A DNA stretch of 64,000 nt, taken from positions 13,020 through 77,019 of the forward strand of contig CAVOMB010000101.1 of NCBI GenBank assembly GCA_963696935.1, written 5' to 3'. Source of the DNA: an uncultured Thermoleophilia bacterium. Its GTDB lineage: Bacteria > Actinomycetota > Thermoleophilia > UBA2241. A program made the position numbers and the translations under genes. The notes beneath the pieces are model-generated. The model was not told where the DNA came from. It was given only the letters and a program-made list of their open reading frames with translations, and searched no databases. The first letter of the stretch is position 1; each line of letters starts with the position of its first letter. Of this stretch, positions 35,529 to 48,448 are shown in pieces.

Positions 35529-37601
35529 ATGAGGCAGTTCTCGCTCGACAACACACGCAACATCGGCATCATGGCGCATATCGACGCCGGCAAGACCACG
35601 ACGACCGAGCGCATCCTGTATTACACCGGGAAGACGCATAAGATCGGCGAGGTCCACGAGGGCGCTGCGGTCATGGACTGGATGGCCCAGGAGCGGGAGC
35701 GCGGCATCACGATCACGTCTGCCGCGACGACGGTTTCCTGGCGCGACACGCAGATCAACATCATCGACACGCCCGGGCACGTGGACTTCACGATGGAGGT
35801 CGAGCGCAGCTTGCGTGTGCTCGACGGCGCCATCGCGCTGTTCTGCTCCGTGGGCGGCGTCGAGTCGCAGTCCGAGACCGTGTGGCGGCAGGCCGACAAG
35901 TACGGCATCCCGCGCATTGCGTTCGTCAACAAGATGGACCGCATCGGCGCGGACTTCTTCCGCGGCCTCGAGATGATGGTCGACCGCCTCGGGGCCAACC
36001 CCGTGGCGCTCCAGGTGCCGATCGGCCGCGAGTCCGACTTCCGCGGCATCATCGACCTCATCGAGATGAACGCCATCATCTACCTCGACGAGCTCGGCAC
36101 CGACTGGGAGATCACCGACATCCCGGAGGACCACAAAGAGCTCGCCGACGAGTACCGGCTCAAGCTCATCGAGTCCATCGCCGACCACGACGATCACCTG
36201 CTCGAGGCCTACCTCGAGGGCGGGGAGATCACCGTCGAGCACATGCGCGAGGTCATCCGGCAGGCCACGCTCGACATCAGCATCACCCCGGTCATGTGCG
36301 GCTCGGCCTTCAAGAACAAGGGCGTGCAGCCGCTCATGGACGCCATCGTCGACTTCCTGCCGTCGCCGCTCGACGTTCCTCCTGTCATCGGCGTCAAGCC
36401 CGGTGGGGAAGAGGTCACGCGGCAGACGGCCGACGACGCTCCGTTCTCGGCCTTGGCCTTCAAGGTCGCCGTCGACCCGTACGTCGGCAAGCTCACCTAC
36501 TTCCGCGTCTACTCGGGCACTCTCAAGGCAGGGTCCTACGTCAGCAACTCGAGCAAGGACAAGCGCGAGCGCATCAGCCGCATCCTGCAGATGCACGCCA
36601 ACCACCGCGAGGACCGCGACGAGATCTACGCGGGCGAGCTCGCGGCGGCCGTGGGCCTCAAGAACACCGGCACCGGCGACACGCTCTGCGACCAGGCCCA
36701 GCCGGTCATCCTCGAGTCCATGGAGTTTCCCGAGCCGGTCATCATGGTGGCCATCGAGCCCAAGACCAAGGCCGACGAGGAGAAGCTCGGCAACTCGCTG
36801 CAGCGCCTCGCCGAGGAGGACCCCACATTCCGCGTCCACACCGACGAGGAGACGGGCCAGACCATCATCCAGGGCATGGGCGAGCTGCACCTCGAGATCA
36901 TCGTCGACCGTCTCACGCGCGAGTTCGGCGTCGACGCCAACGTCGGCAAGCCGCAGGTCGCCTACCGCGAGACCATCACCCAGACCGTGAACAAGGCCGA
37001 GGGCAAGTTCGTGCGCCAGACCGGCGGCCGTGGCCAGTACGGCCACGTGGTCATCGAGATGTCGCCGAACGAGCCGGGCGCCGGCTACGAGTTCGAGAGC
37101 CGCATCATGGGCGGCGTCGTGCCGCGGGACTACATCCCTTCGGTCGACGACGGCATCCAGGAGGCCATGAACACCGGCGTCATCGCCGGCTACCCCATGG
37201 TCGACATCAAGGTCGCGCTCATCGACGGCAGCTACCACGACGTCGACTCGTCGGACATGGCGTTCAAGATCGCCGGCTCGATGGCGTTCAAGAACGCCGC
37301 CAACAAGGCCAAGCCGGCGCTGCTCGAGCCGATGATGGCCGTCGAGGTCGTCACGCCCAGCGACTTCATGGGCGACGTGATGGGCGACCTCAACTCCCGG
37401 CGCGGCCACATCGACGGCATGGAGCCTCGCGGCAACGCGCAGGTCATCAATGCCACGGTGCCGCTCTCCACCATGTTCGGGTACGCCACCGACCTCCGGT
37501 CGACGACCCAGGGCCGCGCCACCTACACCATGCAGTTCAAGCACTACGCCCAGGTGCCGGCGAGCATCGCCGCGGAGATCGTCGCCAAGGCGCGCGGCTA
37601 G
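35529..37601 (+). CDS. fusA: Elongation factor G
   Basis: ..[20 protein letters not shown].. 690 aa, intact. Confidence 0.95.
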   Translation: MRQFSLDNTRNIGIMAHIDAGKTTTTERILYYTGKTHKIGEVHEGAAVMDWMAQERERGITITSAATTVSWRDTQINIIDTPGHVDFTMEVERSLRVLDGAIALFCSVGGVESQSETVWRQADKYGIPRIAFVNKMDRIGADFFRGLEMMVDRLGANPVALQVPIGRESDFRGIIDLIEMNAIIYLDELGTDWEITDIPEDHKELADEYRLKLIESIADHDDHLLEAYLEGGEITVEHMREVIRQATLDISITPVMCGSAFKNKGVQPLMDAIVDFLPSPLDVPPVIGVKPGGEEVTRQTADDAPFSALAFKVAVDPYVGKLTYFRVYSGTLKAGSYVSNSSKDKRERISRILQMHANHREDRDEIYAGELAAAVGLKNTGTGDTLCDQAQPVILESMEFPEPVIMVAIEPKTKADEEKLGNSLQRLAEEDPTFRVHTDEETGQTIIQGMGELHLEIIVDRLTREFGVDANVGKPQVAYRETITQTVNKAEGKFVRQTGGRGQYGHVVIEMSPNEPGAGYEFESRIMGGVVPRDYIPSVDDGIQEAMNTGVIAGYPMVDIKVALIDGSYHDVDSSDMAFKIAGSMAFKNAANKAKPALLEPMMAVEVVTPSDFMGDVMGDLNSRRGHIDGMEPRGNAQVINATVPLSTMFGYATDLRSTTQGRATYTMQFKHYAQVPASIAAEIVAKARG

Positions 37602-37626
37602 TGAGCTCGAGCGAACGCCAGGGTGT

Positions 37627-37656
37627 TTGCCCCAGTCCATCCGGTCGGTGTATACT
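37627..37656 (+). promoter_or_regulatory. Predicted tuf promoter: -35 TTGCCC, 18-nt spacer, -10 TATACT (then GCC)
   Basis: TTGCCC at 37627-37632 and TATACT at 37651-37656, in the fusA-tuf intergenic region. Same architecture as upstream of rpmG and rplJ. Confidence 0.4.
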
Positions 37657-37666
37657 GCCGACCTTT

Positions 37667-37695
37667 GGTGCGGCAGACTGCCGCACCGATTTTTG
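37667..37695 (+). terminator. Terminator/attenuator-like hairpin GGTGCGGC-AGACT-GCCGCACC followed by GATTTTT between fusA and tuf
   Basis: 8-10-bp perfect GC stem at 37667-37687 and a T-run at 37691-37694. It lies downstream of the putative promoter and 43 nt before the tuf ATG, so it may act as a partial terminator or leader element. Confidence 0.5.
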
Positions 37696-37737
37696 TGTGA
37701 CCTCAACCTCCGGGTTTCGGGAAAAGGAGTAGCAGAC

Positions 37738-38949
<1,212 letters not shown>

Positions 38950-39036
38950 AAGCTAGTCAGATCGGGCCGGGCGTGCTTTGGCACGCTCGCACGGGCGACA
39001 CGCCCGGCCACGTGAACAGGAGCAGAGAAGGCGAGA

Positions 39037-39345
39037 GTGGCACAGCAGAAGATCCGCATAAGGTTGAAGTCTTACGATCACGAGCTGATCGAGCGTAGCG
39101 CGCAGTCCATCGTGGAAACCGCGCAGCGCAGTGGCGCGACCATCTCCGGCCCCGTGCCGCTCCCCACGGAGAAGAACGTGTATTGCGTGATCAAGAGCCC
39201 GTTCAAAGACAAGGACTCACGCGAGCACTTCGAGATCCGCACTCACAAGAGGCTCATCGACATCCATCAGCCGACCCCCAAGACGGTCGACCAGCTGATG
39301 CGTCTCGATCTGCCGGCCGGTGTCCACATCGAGATCAAGCTGTAG
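39037..39345 (+). CDS. rpsJ: 30S ribosomal protein S10
   Basis: ..[31 protein letters not shown].. GTG start. Confidence 0.95.
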   Translation: MAQQKIRIRLKSYDHELIERSAQSIVETAQRSGATISGPVPLPTEKNVYCVIKSPFKDKDSREHFEIRTHKRLIDIHQPTPKTVDQLMRLDLPAGVHIEIKL

Positions 39346-39349
39346 AGCT

Positions 39350-39964
39350 ATGACTGGCATCATCGGCAAAAAGATGGGAATGACCCAACTCTTCGACGAC
39401 GACGGCAACGTGATCGCCGTGACCGTCGTCCAGGCCGGTCCCTGTCCCGTCACACAGGTACGCACCCTCGACAACGACGGCTTCGAGGCCGTCCAGCTCG
39501 CGTTCGAGGAGTGTAAGGACAAGCACATCAGCAAGCCCGAGCTCGGCCATCTCAAGAAGGCCGGCCTCAACCACGGCATGCGGCACCTCGTCGAGTTCGA
39601 CGACGTCGGCGACCTCAAGGTCGGCGATACCGTCACCGTCGAGTCGTTCGAGGACGGCCAGCCGGTCACCGCTACGGGCATCAGCAAGGGCAAGGGGTTC
39701 CAGGGCACCATCAAGCGGCACAACTTCGGCCGCGGTCCCGAGACGCACGGTTCGCACAACGTGAGGGCTCCGGGGTCCATCGGCGCGAGCGCGTACCCCG
39801 CGCGTGTGTTCAAGGGCATGCGCATGAGCGGCCACATGGGCTCTCAGCGCGTGACGCAGCAGGGTCTCAAGATCGTCCGCAGGGACGTAGAGAACAACCT
39901 GCTGCTCATCAAGGGCTCCGTGCCGGGCGCCAAGAACTCCGTCGTCGTCATAAAGGGTAGGTAG
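39350..39964 (+). CDS. rplC: 50S ribosomal protein L3
   Basis: [32 protein letters not shown].. The track ORF starts upstream at 39320. Confidence 0.9.
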   Translation: MTGIIGKKMGMTQLFDDDGNVIAVTVVQAGPCPVTQVRTLDNDGFEAVQLAFEECKDKHISKPELGHLKKAGLNHGMRHLVEFDDVGDLKVGDTVTVESFEDGQPVTATGISKGKGFQGTIKRHNFGRGPETHGSHNVRAPGSIGASAYPARVFKGMRMSGHMGSQRVTQQGLKIVRRDVENNLLLIKGSVPGAKNSVVVIKGR

Positions 39965-39966
39965 TC

Positions 39967-41037
39967 GTGAGCGCCGACGAGATCAAGAACACTCCTGACG
40001 TCGAGAACACTCCTGACGTCGAGGCCGCCGCCGAGCCCGAGAAGACCGAGGCCGAGGCTGTCGAGACCACCGAGGCTGACGCCGCTCCGGAGGCCGAGAA
40101 GAAGCCGGCCGCCAAGAAGGCCGGAGCCGCCAAGGCCGAGGGCGACGAGGCCAAGGGCGAGAAGAAGGCCCCTGCCAAGAAGCCGGCCGCTAAGAAGGCC
40201 ACCGCCAAGGCCGCCGACGAGAAGGCAGCCAAGCCGGCCGCCAAGAAGCCGGCCGCTAAGAAGCCGGCCGCCAAGAAGGCCGCTCCGGCCAAGGCCGAGA
40301 AGGCCGCGCCCGAGAAGGCCGCCAAGCCGGCCGACAAGGCCGCGGCCGCAGAGCCCAAGGCCGAGCGTTCGCCTAAGCAGAAGGCTCCGGTCAAGCCTGT
40401 GGCGGAGGCCCGCAGGGGCGCCGCCGGCACGGCCACCTTCATCGACGCATCCGGCAAGGAACTCGAGGCCCGCAAGCTGGCCGACGCCCGTTTCGGTGTC
40501 GCCGCGGACGTCAACACGCTGCACCTGGTCGTGCGTGCCGAGCAGGCCGCGCGCCGCTCCGGCACCGCCTCCACCAAGACGCGTGGCGAGGTCAGCGGCT
40601 CCACCGCCAAGCTGTACCGCCAGAAGGGCACGGGCCGCGCCCGCGCCGGCAGTGTCAAGTCGCCGATCCGTACTGGCGGCGGCATCACCTTCGGCCCGCA
40701 TCCGCGCGGCTTCGATATCAAGATCAACAAGAAGGTCATCCGCAAGGCGCTCTCCATGGCGCTGAGCGACCGGGCCGCCAACGGCCGCGTGTTCGTGGCC
40801 GCAGGCCTCGAGCTCGCCGAGCCCAGCACGCACACCGTGGAGCAGTTCCTCGTGAACCTCGACTGCGCCGCGCCGGTGCTCTTCGTCATGCATGACGAGC
40901 CGGTGCTGCTCAAGTCGGTCCGCAACCTCCCGTACGCCGAGGCGTCGGAGGTGGCCGCCCTGTCCACCGAGCAGGTGCTCCGTGCCCGCTCGCTGGTCCT
41001 CACCGAGAAGGCGTTCGCCGCCCTGAACGAGGCGTGA
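39967..41037 (+). CDS. rplD: 50S ribosomal protein L4 with a ~150-aa N-terminal Lys/Ala/Pro-rich (histone H1-like) extension
   Basis: 356 aa. The N-terminal ..[44 protein letters not shown].. is followed by the canonical L4 core ..[45 protein letters not shown].. Confidence 0.9.
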   Translation: MSADEIKNTPDVENTPDVEAAAEPEKTEAEAVETTEADAAPEAEKKPAAKKAGAAKAEGDEAKGEKKAPAKKPAAKKATAKAADEKAAKPAAKKPAAKKPAAKKAAPAKAEKAAPEKAAKPADKAAAAEPKAERSPKQKAPVKPVAEARRGAAGTATFIDASGKELEARKLADARFGVAADVNTLHLVVRAEQAARRSGTASTKTRGEVSGSTAKLYRQKGTGRARAGSVKSPIRTGGGITFGPHPRGFDIKINKKVIRKALSMALSDRAANGRVFVAAGLELAEPSTHTVEQFLVNLDCAAPVLFVMHDEPVLLKSVRNLPYAEASEVAALSTEQVLRARSLVLTEKAFAALNEA

Positions 41038-41329
41038 CCATGGTTGAAGCAGAGAAGATCATCATCCGGCCGATCATCAGCGAGAAGAGCTACGCGCAGA
41101 TCGATCACAGCAGGTACACCTTCGAGGTGCATCCCGACGCGCACAAGACCATGATCGCCCAGGCGGTCCAGCATCTGTTCAGTGTGACCGTCGTGGCCGT
41201 GAGCGACCGCGAATGTTCGTCCCAAGCCGAAGCGCCGTGGCATGACGCAAAGGGCGCACCTCGGCATGGAAGAAGGCCGTTGTGCAGCTTGCGCCCGGCG
41301 ACAAGATCGAATTCTTCGAGGGCAGGTAA
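41034..41329 (+). CDS. rplW: 50S ribosomal protein L23; frame broken by two single-base insertions (near 41205 and 41250)
   Basis: [54 protein letters not shown].. then an extra G (CGC[G]AATGTT) and an extra A (CAA[A]GGG). The corrected C-terminus ..[39 protein letters not shown] ends at TAA 41327-41329. Confidence 0.8.
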
Positions 41330-42169
41330 TGGGCATCAAGCGATTCAAGCCGACCTCGCCCGGTCGCCGGTTCATGACGGTCGACACGTTCGAGGACATC
41401 ACGCGCAGCGAGCCTGAACGCTCGCTGATGGCGCCGCTCAAGAAGAACGGCGGCCGCAACAGCTACGGGCGCATCACCACGCGCCACAAGGGCGGCGGTC
41501 ACAAGCGGCGCTACCGCATCATCGACTTCAAGCGGGACAAGGACGGTGTGCCGGCCAAGGTCGCGCAGATCGAGTACGACCCGAACCGCTCGGCGCGCAT
41601 CGCCCTGCTGCACTACGCGGACGGCGAGAAGCGCTACATCCTCGCGCCCAAGAACCTCGCGGTGGGTGACACCGTCGAGTCCGGCGCGGGTGCGGACATC
41701 AAGGCCGGCAACGCCCTGCCTCTCGAGAACATCCCGTCGGGTACGACGATCCACAACATCGAGCTCCAGCCGGGCCGCGGCGGCCAGCTGGTGCGGAGCG
41801 CGGGTGTCAGCGCGCAGCTGCAGGCCAAGGAGAAGGGCTACGGCGTCGTCCGCCTGCCCTCCGGCGAGCTGCGGCGCATCCGGCTCGCCTGCCGTGCCAC
41901 GGTCGGCGAGGTCGGCAACGCCGATCATCCAGAACATCGACGGCGGCAAGGCCGGCCGCACCCGCTGGCGCGGCGTGCGCCCGACCGTGCGCGGCACCGC
42001 CATGAACCCCGTCGACCACCCGCACGGTGGCGGCGAGGGCAAGACCACCGCCGGTCGTCATCCGGTGACGCCGTGGGGCGTGCCGACCCTCGGCTATCGC
42101 ACACGCGCCAAGCACAAGGCGTCCGACAAGTTCATCATCCGCGGCCGCAAACGCGGCAAGCGCGGATAA
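41329..42169 (+). CDS. rplB: 50S ribosomal protein L2; one single-base insertion near 41928
   Basis: [24 protein letters not shown]...[12 protein letters not shown] then an extra C (GATCAT[C]CAG). It continues ..[39 protein letters not shown].. to the stop at 42169. Confidence 0.85.
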
Positions 42170-42184
42170 GGCAGGAGGCCTCTT

Positions 42185-42463
42185 TTGAGCAGATCAGCTA
42201 AGAAGGGTCCGTTCGTCGACGAACGCCTCTTGAAGCGCATCGAGCAGATGAACGCCGCCGGCCAGAAGAAGATGATCAAGACCTGGTCGCGGTCCTCGAC
42301 GATCTTCCCCGACATGGTCGGTCACACCATCGCGGTGCACGACGGGCGCAAGCACGTGCCCATCTTCATCAGCGAGTCCATGGTCGGTCACAAGCTGGGC
42401 GAGTTCGCGCTCACCCGCACGTTCCGCGGTCACATCAAGGGTGACCGCTCGGCGAGAAGGTAA
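42185..42463 (+). CDS. rpsS: 30S ribosomal protein S19
   Basis: TTG start with AGGAGG RBS; canonical S19. Confidence 0.93.
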   Translation: MSRSAKKGPFVDERLLKRIEQMNAAGQKKMIKTWSRSSTIFPDMVGHTIAVHDGRKHVPIFISESMVGHKLGEFALTRTFRGHIKGDRSARR

Positions 42464-42469
42464 GCGGGG

Positions 42470-42814
42470 ATGGCAGTCAAAGCAACGGCAAAGTACGTCC
42501 GTGTCGCTCCTCGCAAGGCGCGGGAGGCGGCCGACCTCATCCGCGGGAAGTCCGTGGCCGAGGCGCGTAGCGTTCTGTACTTCGCCAACCGTAACTCAGC
42601 TCGCGTCGTCGCGGCGGTGCTCGATTCCGCGGTCGCCAACGCCGAGCACAACAACGCCCTGTCCGCCGACGACCTTGTCGTCACAGAAGCGCGCGTCGAC
42701 GAGGGTCCTACCCTCAAGCGGTGGAAGTTCCGGGCCATGGGCCGCGTGAACCGCATCCGCAAGCGCAGCAGTCACATCACCGTCGCGGTCGACCAAAGGG
42801 AGGGCCGTTCGTAA
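42470..42814 (+). CDS. rplV: 50S ribosomal protein L22
   Basis: 114 aa, canonical. Confidence 0.95.
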   Translation: MAVKATAKYVRVAPRKAREAADLIRGKSVAEARSVLYFANRNSARVVAAVLDSAVANAEHNNALSADDLVVTEARVDEGPTLKRWKFRAMGRVNRIRKRSSHITVAVDQREGRS

Positions 42815-43755
42815 TGGGCCAGAAAGTGCATCCCGGCGGCTTCCGCGTCGGCGTTATCCACGACTGGAAGTCGCACTGGTACACGGAGAAGGAGTTCAAG
42901 CAGTTCCTGGCCGAGGACGAGCGACATCCGCCTGCACATCCTGCGCAAGCTCGTCCCACGCCGGTCTGTCTCGCGATCATCATCCGCAAGGACCAGAGCA
43001 ACATCACCATCGACATCCACACCGCCCGCCCCGGCATCGTGATCGGCAAGAGCGGCTCCGAGGTCGACGCGCTGCGCAAAGAGATCCACGCGATGACGCA
43101 AGAAGAACGTCCAGGTCAACATCATCGAGGTGAAGCGCCCCGAGCTCGACGCCGTGCTGGTCGCCCAGTCGATCGCCGAGCAGCTCGAGAACCGCGTCAG
43201 CTTCCGTCGCGCCATGAAGCGCGCTCTCACGAGCGCCATGCGCTCCGGCGCCGCCGGCATGCGCGTGCGCTGCGGCGGCCGCCTGGGCGGCGCCGAGATG
43301 GCGCGCAACGGAGCACTACAGCGAAGGGCGCGTGCCGCTGCACACGCTGCGCGCGGACATCGACTACGGCTTCCGCGAGGCCCGCACCACCTTCGGACGC
43401 ATCGGCGTGAAGGTCTGGATCAACAAGGGCGAGATCCTGCCCGAGGGGTATCCGATGGACGAGGCCAAGGCGCGCATGGAGCGCGACGAGCAGCGTCGCG
43501 ACGACCGTGGTGGTCGCGACCGCCGTCCACGCCGTGACGGCGCGTCCCGGCGGTCGTGGTCCCGGTGGTCCGGGCCGTGGACCTGGCGGTCCGGGTCGTG
43601 GACCTGGCGGTCCGGGTCGTGGACCCGGCGGTCAGCGGCCCTCCGTGGGCCCCAAGGCCCCCATGGGTCGTCAGGCTCCGAACCGCTCGGCCAAGTCGGC
43701 CGACGCGCCCAAGCCTGAGACCAAGCCCGACGCGCCCAAGACAGAGCAGAGCTGA
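42814..43755 (+). CDS. rpsC: 30S ribosomal protein S3 with a Gly/Arg/Pro-repeat C-terminal tail; frame broken by about six single-base insertions
   Basis: [36 protein letters not shown].. then insertions at about 42924, 42953, 42975, 43099, 43307 and 43540. The pieces reassemble into a canonical S3 (..[75 protein letters not shown]...[22 protein letters not shown]..). The tail ..(PGRGPGG)x3..[40 protein letters not shown] ends 19 nt before rplP. Confidence 0.8.
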
Positions 43756-43773
43756 CGGGAGAGGACGTAGACG

Positions 43774-44199
43774 ATGCTCCTGCCGAAGAGAGTCAAGCAC
43801 AGGAAACAACACCGCGGCCGTATGGCCGGTACCGCCAACGGCGGCACCACTGTCGAGTTCGGGCAGTTCGGCCTGAAGGCCATGGAACGCGGTTGGATCA
43901 CCAACCGCCAGATCGAAGCCGCCCGTATCGCCATGACGCGGTACATCAAGCGCGGTGGCAAGGTGTGGATCAATGTGTTCCCGCACAAGCCGGTGACGCG
44001 CAAGGCCGCAGAGACCCGCATGGGTGGCGGCAAGGGCTCACCAGAGGGATGGGTGGCCGTGGTCAAGCCGGGCAGAGTCATGTTCGAGCTGGCCGGCGTC
44101 AGTGAGCCGGTGGCTCGCGAGGCCATGCGTCTCGCTGCCCACAAGCTGCCCATCAAGTGCAAGTTCGTGACCAGGGAGGGCAGTGTCTTTGAAGGCTAG
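43774..44199 (+). CDS. rplP: 50S ribosomal protein L16
   Basis: 141 aa, canonical. Confidence 0.95.
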   Translation: MLLPKRVKHRKQHRGRMAGTANGGTTVEFGQFGLKAMERGWITNRQIEAARIAMTRYIKRGGKVWINVFPHKPVTRKAAETRMGGGKGSPEGWVAVVKPGRVMFELAGVSEPVAREAMRLAAHKLPIKCKFVTREGSVFEG

Positions 44200-44398
44200 C
44201 AAGCTGCGCGAGCTCTCCGATGACGAGCTCATCGCGCGCCTGAAGGACACGCGCAAGGAGCTCTTCAACCTGCGCTTCCAGCACGCCACCGGTCAGCTCG
44301 ACAACCCGATGAAGTTGAACGCGACCCGGCGCGAGATCGCCCGCCTGCTCACCCTGCAGGACGAGCGCGAGCGCACGGCAGCCGGTGGTGAAGCCTGA
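44183..44398 (+). CDS. rpmC: 50S ribosomal protein L29
   Basis: GTG start overlapping the rplP 3' end; ..[26 protein letters not shown].. Confidence 0.9.
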   Translation: MSLKASKLRELSDDELIARLKDTRKELFNLRFQHATGQLDNPMKLNATRREIARLLTLQDERERTAAGGEA

Positions 44399-44856
44399 TG
44401 GCTACAGCGAAGAAGACAGACAGCGGCAAGCCCGCTCCCAAGCAGTCGGCGGCGCGCAAGCCCGCCGCCAAGAAGGCGGCGGCCAAGAAGGCCGCCCCCG
44501 CCAAGAAGTCGGCCGCCAAGAAGGCCGTCGCTCCCGAGGTCAAGGCCGTCAAGAAGGTCTCGGCCGCGCGCAGCAAGGCCAAGGCCGAGCGCAAGGCTCC
44601 TGAGAAGGTGCCCGGGCGCAAAGAGCGCCGTGGCGTCGTCGTGAGTGACGCCATGGACAAGACGATCGTGGTGCGCATCGACGTGGCGCAGAAGCACGAG
44701 CGGTACGGCAAGGTCGTCCGCCGCTCGAGCAAGCTGCACGCCCACGACGAGCACAACGCGGCCGGCGTCGGCGACCTCGTGCGTGTCGTCGAGACCCGTC
44801 CGCTGAGCGCGTCCAAGCACTGGCGCCTCCTCGAGGTCCTCGAGAAAGCCAAGTAA
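44398..44856 (+). CDS. rpsQ: 30S ribosomal protein S17 with a ~65-aa N-terminal Lys/Ala-rich extension
   Basis: [42 protein letters not shown].. followed by the S17 core ..[68 protein letters not shown].. Confidence 0.9.
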   Translation: MATAKKTDSGKPAPKQSAARKPAAKKAAAKKAAPAKKSAAKKAVAPEVKAVKKVSAARSKAKAERKAPEKVPGRKERRGVVVSDAMDKTIVVRIDVAQKHERYGKVVRRSSKLHAHDEHNAAGVGDLVRVVETRPLSASKHWRLLEVLEKAK

Positions 44857-44877
44857 GAATCCGGTCAGAGGAAGCAC

Positions 44878-45246
44878 ATGATCCAGGTTGAGTCCAGACT
44901 ACGAGTCGCCGACAACACGGGCGCACGCGAGATCCTCTGCATCCGGATCCGCGGAGGCTCGAACCGACGCTACGGTACGGTCGGCGACATCATCGTCGGC
45001 ACCGTCAAGGTCGCCACGCCCGGCGGCAGCGTGAAGAAGGGCGATGTCGTGCGCGCGGTCATCGTGCGTACCAAGAAGGAATACGGTCGTAAGGACGGCA
45101 CGTACATCGCGTTCGACGAGAACGCCGCCGTCATCATCGACAATCAGAACAACCCGCGCGGGACCCGCATCTTCGGTCCCGTCGCCCGCGAGCTGCGCGA
45201 GAAGAACTTCATGAAGATCGTCTCGCTCGCTCCCGAGGTGCTGTGA
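44878..45246 (+). CDS. rplN: 50S ribosomal protein L14
   Basis: 122 aa, canonical. Confidence 0.95.
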   Translation: MIQVESRLRVADNTGAREILCIRIRGGSNRRYGTVGDIIVGTVKVATPGGSVKKGDVVRAVIVRTKKEYGRKDGTYIAFDENAAVIIDNQNNPRGTRIFGPVARELREKNFMKIVSLAPEVL

Positions 45247-45581
45247 TGAGCAACATGAAGATAAAGAAGGGCGACCAGGTGCGCGTGGTCAGCGGCAAGG
45301 ATGCGGGCAAGACCGCCAAGGTGCTGCGCGTCGACCGCGAGAAGCACCGCGTGGTCCTGGAGCGGCTCAATATCGTCAAGAAGCACACCAAGCCCAATCC
45401 GAAGACCAATCCTCAGGGCGGGGTCATCGAGCGCGAAGCTGCGCTCGACGTTTCCAACGTCATGCTCGTGTGCCCGTCCTGCGGCCAGCCCACGCGCGTC
45501 GGGTACCGGCTTACCGACGGTGGCGGCAAGGTACGTGTCTGCCGTCGCGAGTCCTGTGGCAAAGACATCGACAAGGCGTAG
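45243..45581 (+). CDS. rplX: 50S ribosomal protein L24 (variant with Cys4 motif)
   Basis: KOW domain ..[25 protein letters not shown].. The C-terminal part reads ..[36 protein letters not shown]. Confidence 0.93.
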   Translation: MMSNMKIKKGDQVRVVSGKDAGKTAKVLRVDREKHRVVLERLNIVKKHTKPNPKTNPQGGVIEREAALDVSNVMLVCPSCGQPTRVGYRLTDGGGKVRVCRRESCGKDIDKA

Positions 45582-45585
45582 GCAG

Positions 45586-46128
45586 ATGGCCAGGCTCAAA
45601 GAGAAGTACCTCAAAGAGATCGTGCCCGGGCTCAAGGAAGAGTTCGGCTACCGCAACGTGATGGAAGTCCCTCGCGTCACCAAGGTCACGCTCAACATGG
45701 GTGTGGGTGAGGCGAAGACGAACGCGAAGCTGCTCGACGAAGCCGTCGAGGAGCTGGCGCTGATCAGCGGCCAGCGGCCGGCGATCACCAAGGCGCGCAA
45801 GTCCATCGCCGGCTTCAAGCTGCGCGAGGGCATGTCCATCGGTTGCCGTGTCACCCTGCGCGGTGAGCGCATGTACGAGATGATCGACCGGCTCGTGTCG
45901 ATCGCCCTCCCGCGCATCCGCGACTTCCGCGGGATCGACCCGAAGCAGTTCGACGGGCGCGGCAACTTCGCCATGGGCGTCCGCGAGCAGACCATCTTCC
46001 CCGAGATCGACTACGACTCGGTGGAGACGTTCCGCGGTCTGAACATCGTCATCACGACGACCGCCAAGACGGACGAGGAAGGGCGCGCCCTGCTTACCAG
46101 GCTCGGCATGCCGTTCCGTTCCAACTAG
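45586..46128 (+). CDS. rplE: 50S ribosomal protein L5
   Basis: [42 protein letters not shown].. Confidence 0.95.
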   Translation: MARLKEKYLKEIVPGLKEEFGYRNVMEVPRVTKVTLNMGVGEAKTNAKLLDEAVEELALISGQRPAITKARKSIAGFKLREGMSIGCRVTLRGERMYEMIDRLVSIALPRIRDFRGIDPKQFDGRGNFAMGVREQTIFPEIDYDSVETFRGLNIVITTTAKTDEEGRALLTRLGMPFRSN

Positions 46129-46141
46129 GAGCATCTAAAGC

Positions 46142-46327
46142 ATGGCCAAGACATCCCTCGTGGTGAAGGCGGGACGTAAGCAGCGCTACAAGACGCGGGA
46201 GTACAACCGCTGCCAGCGCTGCGGCCGCCCCCGCGCTTACTACCGCAAGTTCGGGCTCTGTCGCATCTGTCTGCGCGAAGTCGCGCACCAGGGCGTCATC
46301 CCCGGTCTGACGAAGTCGAGCTGGTGA
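46142..46327 (+). CDS. rpsN: 30S ribosomal protein S14 type Z (zinc-binding, 61 aa)
   Basis: ..[23 protein letters not shown].. Confidence 0.95.
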   Translation: MAKTSLVVKAGRKQRYKTREYNRCQRCGRPRAYYRKFGLCRICLREVAHQGVIPGLTKSSW

Positions 46328-46340
46328 GGAGGCGAGGACC

Positions 46341-46740
46341 ATGTCCATGACAGACCCCATCGCCGACATGCTCACCCGCGTCCGCAACGGCAGCACTGCA
46401 CGGCACAGCACGGTCGAGATCCCCGCCAGCAAGATGAAGGCCGAGATCGCGCGCCTCATGCTCGAGCAGGGCTACATCGCCGGCTGGGACAAGAAGCACG
46501 GCGAGCACGGCGACGTCATCATCGTCGAGCTCAAGTACGGCAAGAACCGTGAGCGCGTCATCTCCGGCATCAAGCGGGTCTCCAAGCCCGGGCGTCGCAT
46601 CTACGCCAAGAAGGAGACTCTCCCCAAGGTGCTCGGCGGGCTCGGTACGGCGATCATCTCGACGTCGAAGGGCCTCGTGACGAGCGCGGAAGCGCAGCAA
46701 GCTCGGCCTCGGCGGCGAGGTCATCTGCTTCATCTGGTAA
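46341..46740 (+). CDS. rpsH: 30S ribosomal protein S8; one single-base insertion near 46701
   Basis: [49 protein letters not shown]... An extra A (GCGC[A]GCAAG). The corrected C-terminus ..[16 protein letters not shown] ends at TAA 46738-46740. Confidence 0.85.
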
Positions 46741-46749
46741 GGACGGGAT

Positions 46750-47283
46750 ATGTCGAGGATCGGAAGAGCACCCATCCCGCTGCCCGACAGCGTGGAGTTC
46801 AACTACGACAACGCGGTCGTCACCGTGAAGGGCCCGAAGGGTGAGCTCACCCAGCGGGTTCCTCGCGAGATGATGGTCGAGGTCGACGACGGCGTCATCC
46901 AGGTCAAGCGGCCCACCGACAGCGGGCAGCATCGCTCGCTTCACGGGCTGACCCGGACGCTCATCGCGAACATGGTGACCGGCGTCACCGACGGGTTCGA
47001 GAAGCGTCTCGAGATCGTCGGCGTCGGCTACCGCGCCAGCGTCAAGGGCGACGACCTCGAACTCCTGGTCGGCTACAGCCACCCGGTGGTCATCGAGCCG
47101 CCGGAGCACATCACGTTCGAGTGCCCGCAGCAGACCGTCGTGATCGTCAGGGGCATCGACAAGCAGGTCGTCGGCGAGATCGCCGCCAAGGTGCGGTCCA
47201 TCCGGCCGCCCGAGCCCTACAAGGGCAAGGGTATCCGGTACGCCGGCGAGTACGTCCAGCGCAAGGTCGGCAAGCGGGCGTAA
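46750..47283 (+). CDS. rplF: 50S ribosomal protein L6
   Basis: 177 aa, canonical. Confidence 0.95.
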   Translation: MSRIGRAPIPLPDSVEFNYDNAVVTVKGPKGELTQRVPREMMVEVDDGVIQVKRPTDSGQHRSLHGLTRTLIANMVTGVTDGFEKRLEIVGVGYRASVKGDDLELLVGYSHPVVIEPPEHITFECPQQTVVIVRGIDKQVVGEIAAKVRSIRPPEPYKGKGIRYAGEYVQRKVGKRA

Positions 47284-47316
47284 GCCGCTGCCTGAGAGAA
47301 GAGGAACGACCAGAAG

Positions 47317-47672
47317 ATGAGCGCAACCAGCATCAGAGAGGCCCGGGCCCGGCGCAAGCGCCGCATCCGCGGCCGCATCAGCGGCACCGCAGCGCGCCCG
47401 CGCGTCTCGGTGTTCCGCTCGAACAAGGCGATCTACGCCCAGCTTGTCGACGACGCCACCGCGGCCACCATCGTGTCGGCCCGCTCGGCAGAAGTCGACG
47501 CGGCGGGCCTCAAGAAGGCCGAGGTCGCCAAGAAGGTCGGCGAGCTCGCTCGCGCAGCGCGCCAAGGACAAGGGTATCGAGCAGCGTCGTGTTCGACCGG
47601 TCGGGCTATCTGTATCACGGCCGAGTCAAGGCTCTCGCCGAGGGCGCCCGCGAGGGCGGCCTGGCTTTCTGA
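47317..47672 (+). CDS. rplR: 50S ribosomal protein L18; two single-base insertions near 47565 and 47590
   Basis: ..[52 protein letters not shown] then extra C's. The corrected C-terminus ..[36 protein letters not shown] is in the track frame ending 47672. Confidence 0.85.
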
Positions 47673-47690
47673 CAAGGAGATTGGGACCCC

Positions 47691-48245
47691 GTGGCTAGAG
47701 GATCATTCAGCGAAGGCAACGAGCTCAAAGAGCGCGTCGTCGATATCAACCGCGTCGCCAAGGTCGTCAAGGGCGGCCGGCGGTTCTCCTTCACGGCCCT
47801 GGTCGTCGTCGGTGACGAGAACGGGCACGTGGGCGCCGGGTACGGCAAGGCGCGCGAGGTGCCGCTGGCGATCCAGAAGGCGATCGAGGACGCGAAGAAG
47901 AACCTGTTCACCGTGCCGCGCTACAACGGCACGACCACGACGCACCAGGTGATCGGCCGCTACGGCGCCGCCCGCGTGCTTCTCAAGCCGGCCGCGCCCG
48001 GTACCGGCGTCATCGCCGCCGGCGGCGTGCGCGCCGTGCTCGAGCTGGCCGGCGTCCGCGACATCCTCACCAAGTCGCTGGGCACCACCAACCCGATCAA
48101 CCTGGTGCGCGCCACCGTCGCGGGCCTGCAGTCCCTGAAGACGCCGGAGGGCCAGGCGCGTCTGCGCGGCATCTCGGTCGCCAAGGTGCTCGGCCTCGAC
48201 CTGCGCGAGCCTGAGGCCGCCGAGGCCTCCGCCAAGGAGGCGTGA
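47691..48245 (+). CDS. rpsE: 30S ribosomal protein S5
   Basis: 184 aa, canonical. Confidence 0.95.
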   Translation: MARGSFSEGNELKERVVDINRVAKVVKGGRRFSFTALVVVGDENGHVGAGYGKAREVPLAIQKAIEDAKKNLFTVPRYNGTTTTHQVIGRYGAARVLLKPAAPGTGVIAAGGVRAVLELAGVRDILTKSLGTTNPINLVRATVAGLQSLKTPEGQARLRGISVAKVLGLDLREPEAAEASAKEA

Positions 48246-48448
48246 CCCGAATGAGCCAGATCGAGATCACGCAGGTCAAGAGCGCGATCGGGCGCCAGCC
48301 CGAGCATCGCGGCACGCTGCGCGCGCTCGGCCTCAAGCGTATCGGTCACACCGTGGTCCACGAGGACACCCCCGTGATCCGCGGCATGGTCAAGCAGGTA
48401 GCGTTCCTCGTCGAGGTGCGCCCGGCGAGCGAAGAAGTCGTGACATGA
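48242..48448 (+). CDS. rpmD: 50S ribosomal protein L30
   Basis: [47 protein letters not shown].. Confidence 0.93.
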   Translation: MTRMSQIEITQVKSAIGRQPEHRGTLRALGLKRIGHTVVHEDTPVIRGMVKQVAFLVEVRPASEEVVT

